DNA of 63,387 nt, counting the filler, from Trichomonas gallinae (lineage: Eukaryota): assembly GCA_008369845.1 (NCBI GenBank). It is 8 parts of 8 records of this genome, joined end to end, with 100 filler letters (N's around TTAATTAATTAA, not from the genome) between each part and the next. Parts side by side here need not be neighbours in the genome. Positions count along the whole stretch, not along the records: positions 60,546 to 63,387 come from MRSU01000088.1; 7 more parts are not named here. One strand, given 5' to 3'. A program made the position numbers and the translations under genes. Numbering within the stretch: the stretch's first letter is position 1; the number at the start of each line of letters is the position of its first letter. Shown here piece after piece: positions 61,656-63,387 of this stretch. The notes under the pieces are model-generated. The model ran no database searches. It was not told where the DNA came from and worked only from the letters and a program-made list of their open reading frames with translations.

Positions 61656-62430
61656 TTCATCCATCAACGCTTTTTACATCCTAAACGGTTTGTCCAATAA
61701 ATGGCAATAGACGCCATAATTCCAGTAAAACCACGCATAAAACGTAAATAGCTATATATTACAAATGGAATTGGCGAATTTTTATGAAAACAAACAAAAT
61801 TGATTTCATTTTTCAATAATTTCAAAATTCAATGGGTATCTATCTATTTTTCGAATAGTGCAGGTGTTTCCAAAAGAAAATCCAGCGTTCTGTAAAGTCA
61901 TCTCAATAATTTTTTAAAGCCTGACGCTATTTGTTAGCCGGTGTATGAATGATATTTTAAGAACATTAGAGTATATGTATGGAGTAGAGTCATATGCCAT
62001 AACCAAAGTCAAGCCTTGTTTTTAATGGTTTCACAATATTATTTTTATTTAGTAGTTTTCCTAGGCATCACTATGCCAAGAAACTAATTCTTCATCTAAA
62101 ATCTAAAATGTCAGCATTTCATTTTAAAATCCGATAAGTTCAGGCCAGCTTTTTTGAAAATCGCAAATATATATTAAATACAGCAAAGAATGCATATGCG
62201 GAGTTCCAGCTATTGCCAATTAGCCCAGAAAAATTGAATTATAGTGAAATTTTCAAAGAAACCAATTTTTCACCTGTTACAATTTTGTTTTTAAATGGAA
62301 AATCCATATTTCGATGTTGTAGGCCAATTTATTCATATGTTTTGTTAAGAATTCGAAATAATGAAAATAGTCAAATTTTCTGAGTCTTCATTCAATTTTC
62401 AGCCATTTATTTATATTAATATATTACTCG

Positions 62431-62940
62431 ATGTCAGCCAGTGGTAACCACAAGGCAAAGTTCTCTAAGGAAGAGGACCGCAGACTATATGAGATCGTAA
62501 GCATTCTTGGCCCATGCGACTGGGAATTGATATCGGTTGAAATGAAAACAAGATCGGCAAGGCAGTGCCGTGACAGATGGGCAAATTACTTATCTCCAAA
62601 ACTTAACACAAAGCCATTCACAGAGGAGGAAGATCTCAAACTCATAGAGTTATATAAATTATATGGTCCAAAGTGGAGAAAGATTTCTTGCCAGTTAAAC
62701 GCCCGTCCACCAAATACTATCAGAAACCATTATAAAGTCATTGCAAGGAAATACGGATTGGAGGCTTTGGAGAAACCAGTCCCTAAAATCCCAAAGTTCC
62801 AAGAGCCAGAGACTTCACTAGAGTCTGCTAATGCAAGTCCAGTCATCAACGAAGATCCAGCTTCTGCTCTTTTCGCGGAAATGTTTGATGGAACTTTGTT
62901 TGATTTTAATCTCAATGACCAATTCTATTCTACGAACTAA
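62431..62940 (+). CDS. R2R3-Myb DNA-binding protein
   Basis: KFSKEEDRRL…W..IS..M.TRSARQCRDRWANYLSP and PFTEEEDLKLIEL…YGPKW..IS…R….IRNHY, with an acidic/aromatic C-terminal tail. Confidence 0.93.
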   Translation: MSASGNHKAKFSKEEDRRLYEIVSILGPCDWELISVEMKTRSARQCRDRWANYLSPKLNTKPFTEEEDLKLIELYKLYGPKWRKISCQLNARPPNTIRNHYKVIARKYGLEALEKPVPKIPKFQEPETSLESANASPVINEDPASALFAEMFDGTLFDFNLNDQFYSTN

Positions 62941-63387
62941 CCTTTGTTTTAATATTATACTATCCTAGTTTAAATAAACTATCTCTTTCCCGATATAAAT
63001 TTCTTTCACATTTACTGTATCGATAATTATTTTTGAACCTTTGTGGTCGATTTAAACTATCATTAGTTGATTTTTCTGTTGAAACAGAAAAAATTAATTG
63101 TAATCATTGTTTTAGATTTGCTCATAGCTTATAACATGTATTTAAACGTATTTCGAACTTTTTACTGTTGTATTTATTTTTAAAACAAATTTCTTTTCAT
63201 TTTTCGTTTTTCAGCGACCAATCAGATTTTGAAACGAAAATGATCGGACCCATAGGTTTTTCTCAATGCACTACATAAGGCGTGTGTTTTAATAATTTCG
63301 TGATTTCCAAAGGGTTTCCGACTCATAACCTTATTCGAAAATTTCGCTCCTGAGTTAATTCAAGTTAATCTATTAGATTGTTTAATA

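Noticed and set aside
1..63387. Spliceosomal introns or a non-standard genetic code
   Set aside because: No ACTAACACACAG-type or TCTAAC..AACAG-type branch/acceptor motif was seen by eye. Long conserved ORFs translate without internal stops, and TAA, TAG and TGA all occur as terminal stops.

Overview
This is AT-rich eukaryotic DNA, not prokaryotic, and it has the hallmarks of a parabasalid (trichomonad) draft genome. Genes are compact and intronless. They carry Inr (TCAYT), AAAGTGAC and CCTTT core-promoter motifs, and several have TAAA poly(A)-type signals overlapping the stop. Families typically expanded in trichomonads are present (DUF3447-ankyrin, BEACH, R2R3-Myb, F5/8-like, Gly-rich). The window is eight contig pieces joined by seven artificial 100-bp N/TTAATTAATTAA linkers, so gene order across linkers is not reliable. 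Recognisable genes are DRC7/CCDC135, partial RPL12, a bacterial-type DUF1846 (UPF0371) P-loop protein, a CNBD cation channel, HBS1, PDCD2/Tsr4, a CDK-like pseudokinase, a half-size ABCA transporter, UGGT, an HP1-like chromo/chromoshadow protein, EGF/IPT and mucin-like surface proteins, a GRIP-like golgin, a LisH-WD40 protein, Ubc12, tRNA-Leu(AAG), tRNA-Pro(TGG), a bacterial-like aldose 1-epimerase, BEACH, a repeat surface protein and Myb. The most interesting non-coding signals are two. First, a TG(A/T)C(A/G)TGTAAA element forms roughly 20-bp-phased arrays upstream of genes and lies almost always on the + strand whatever the gene direction. Second, an 18-bp hairpin starts at an Inr in front of the probably laterally acquired DUF1846 gene. 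All calls come from reading motifs by eye; no database search was run.
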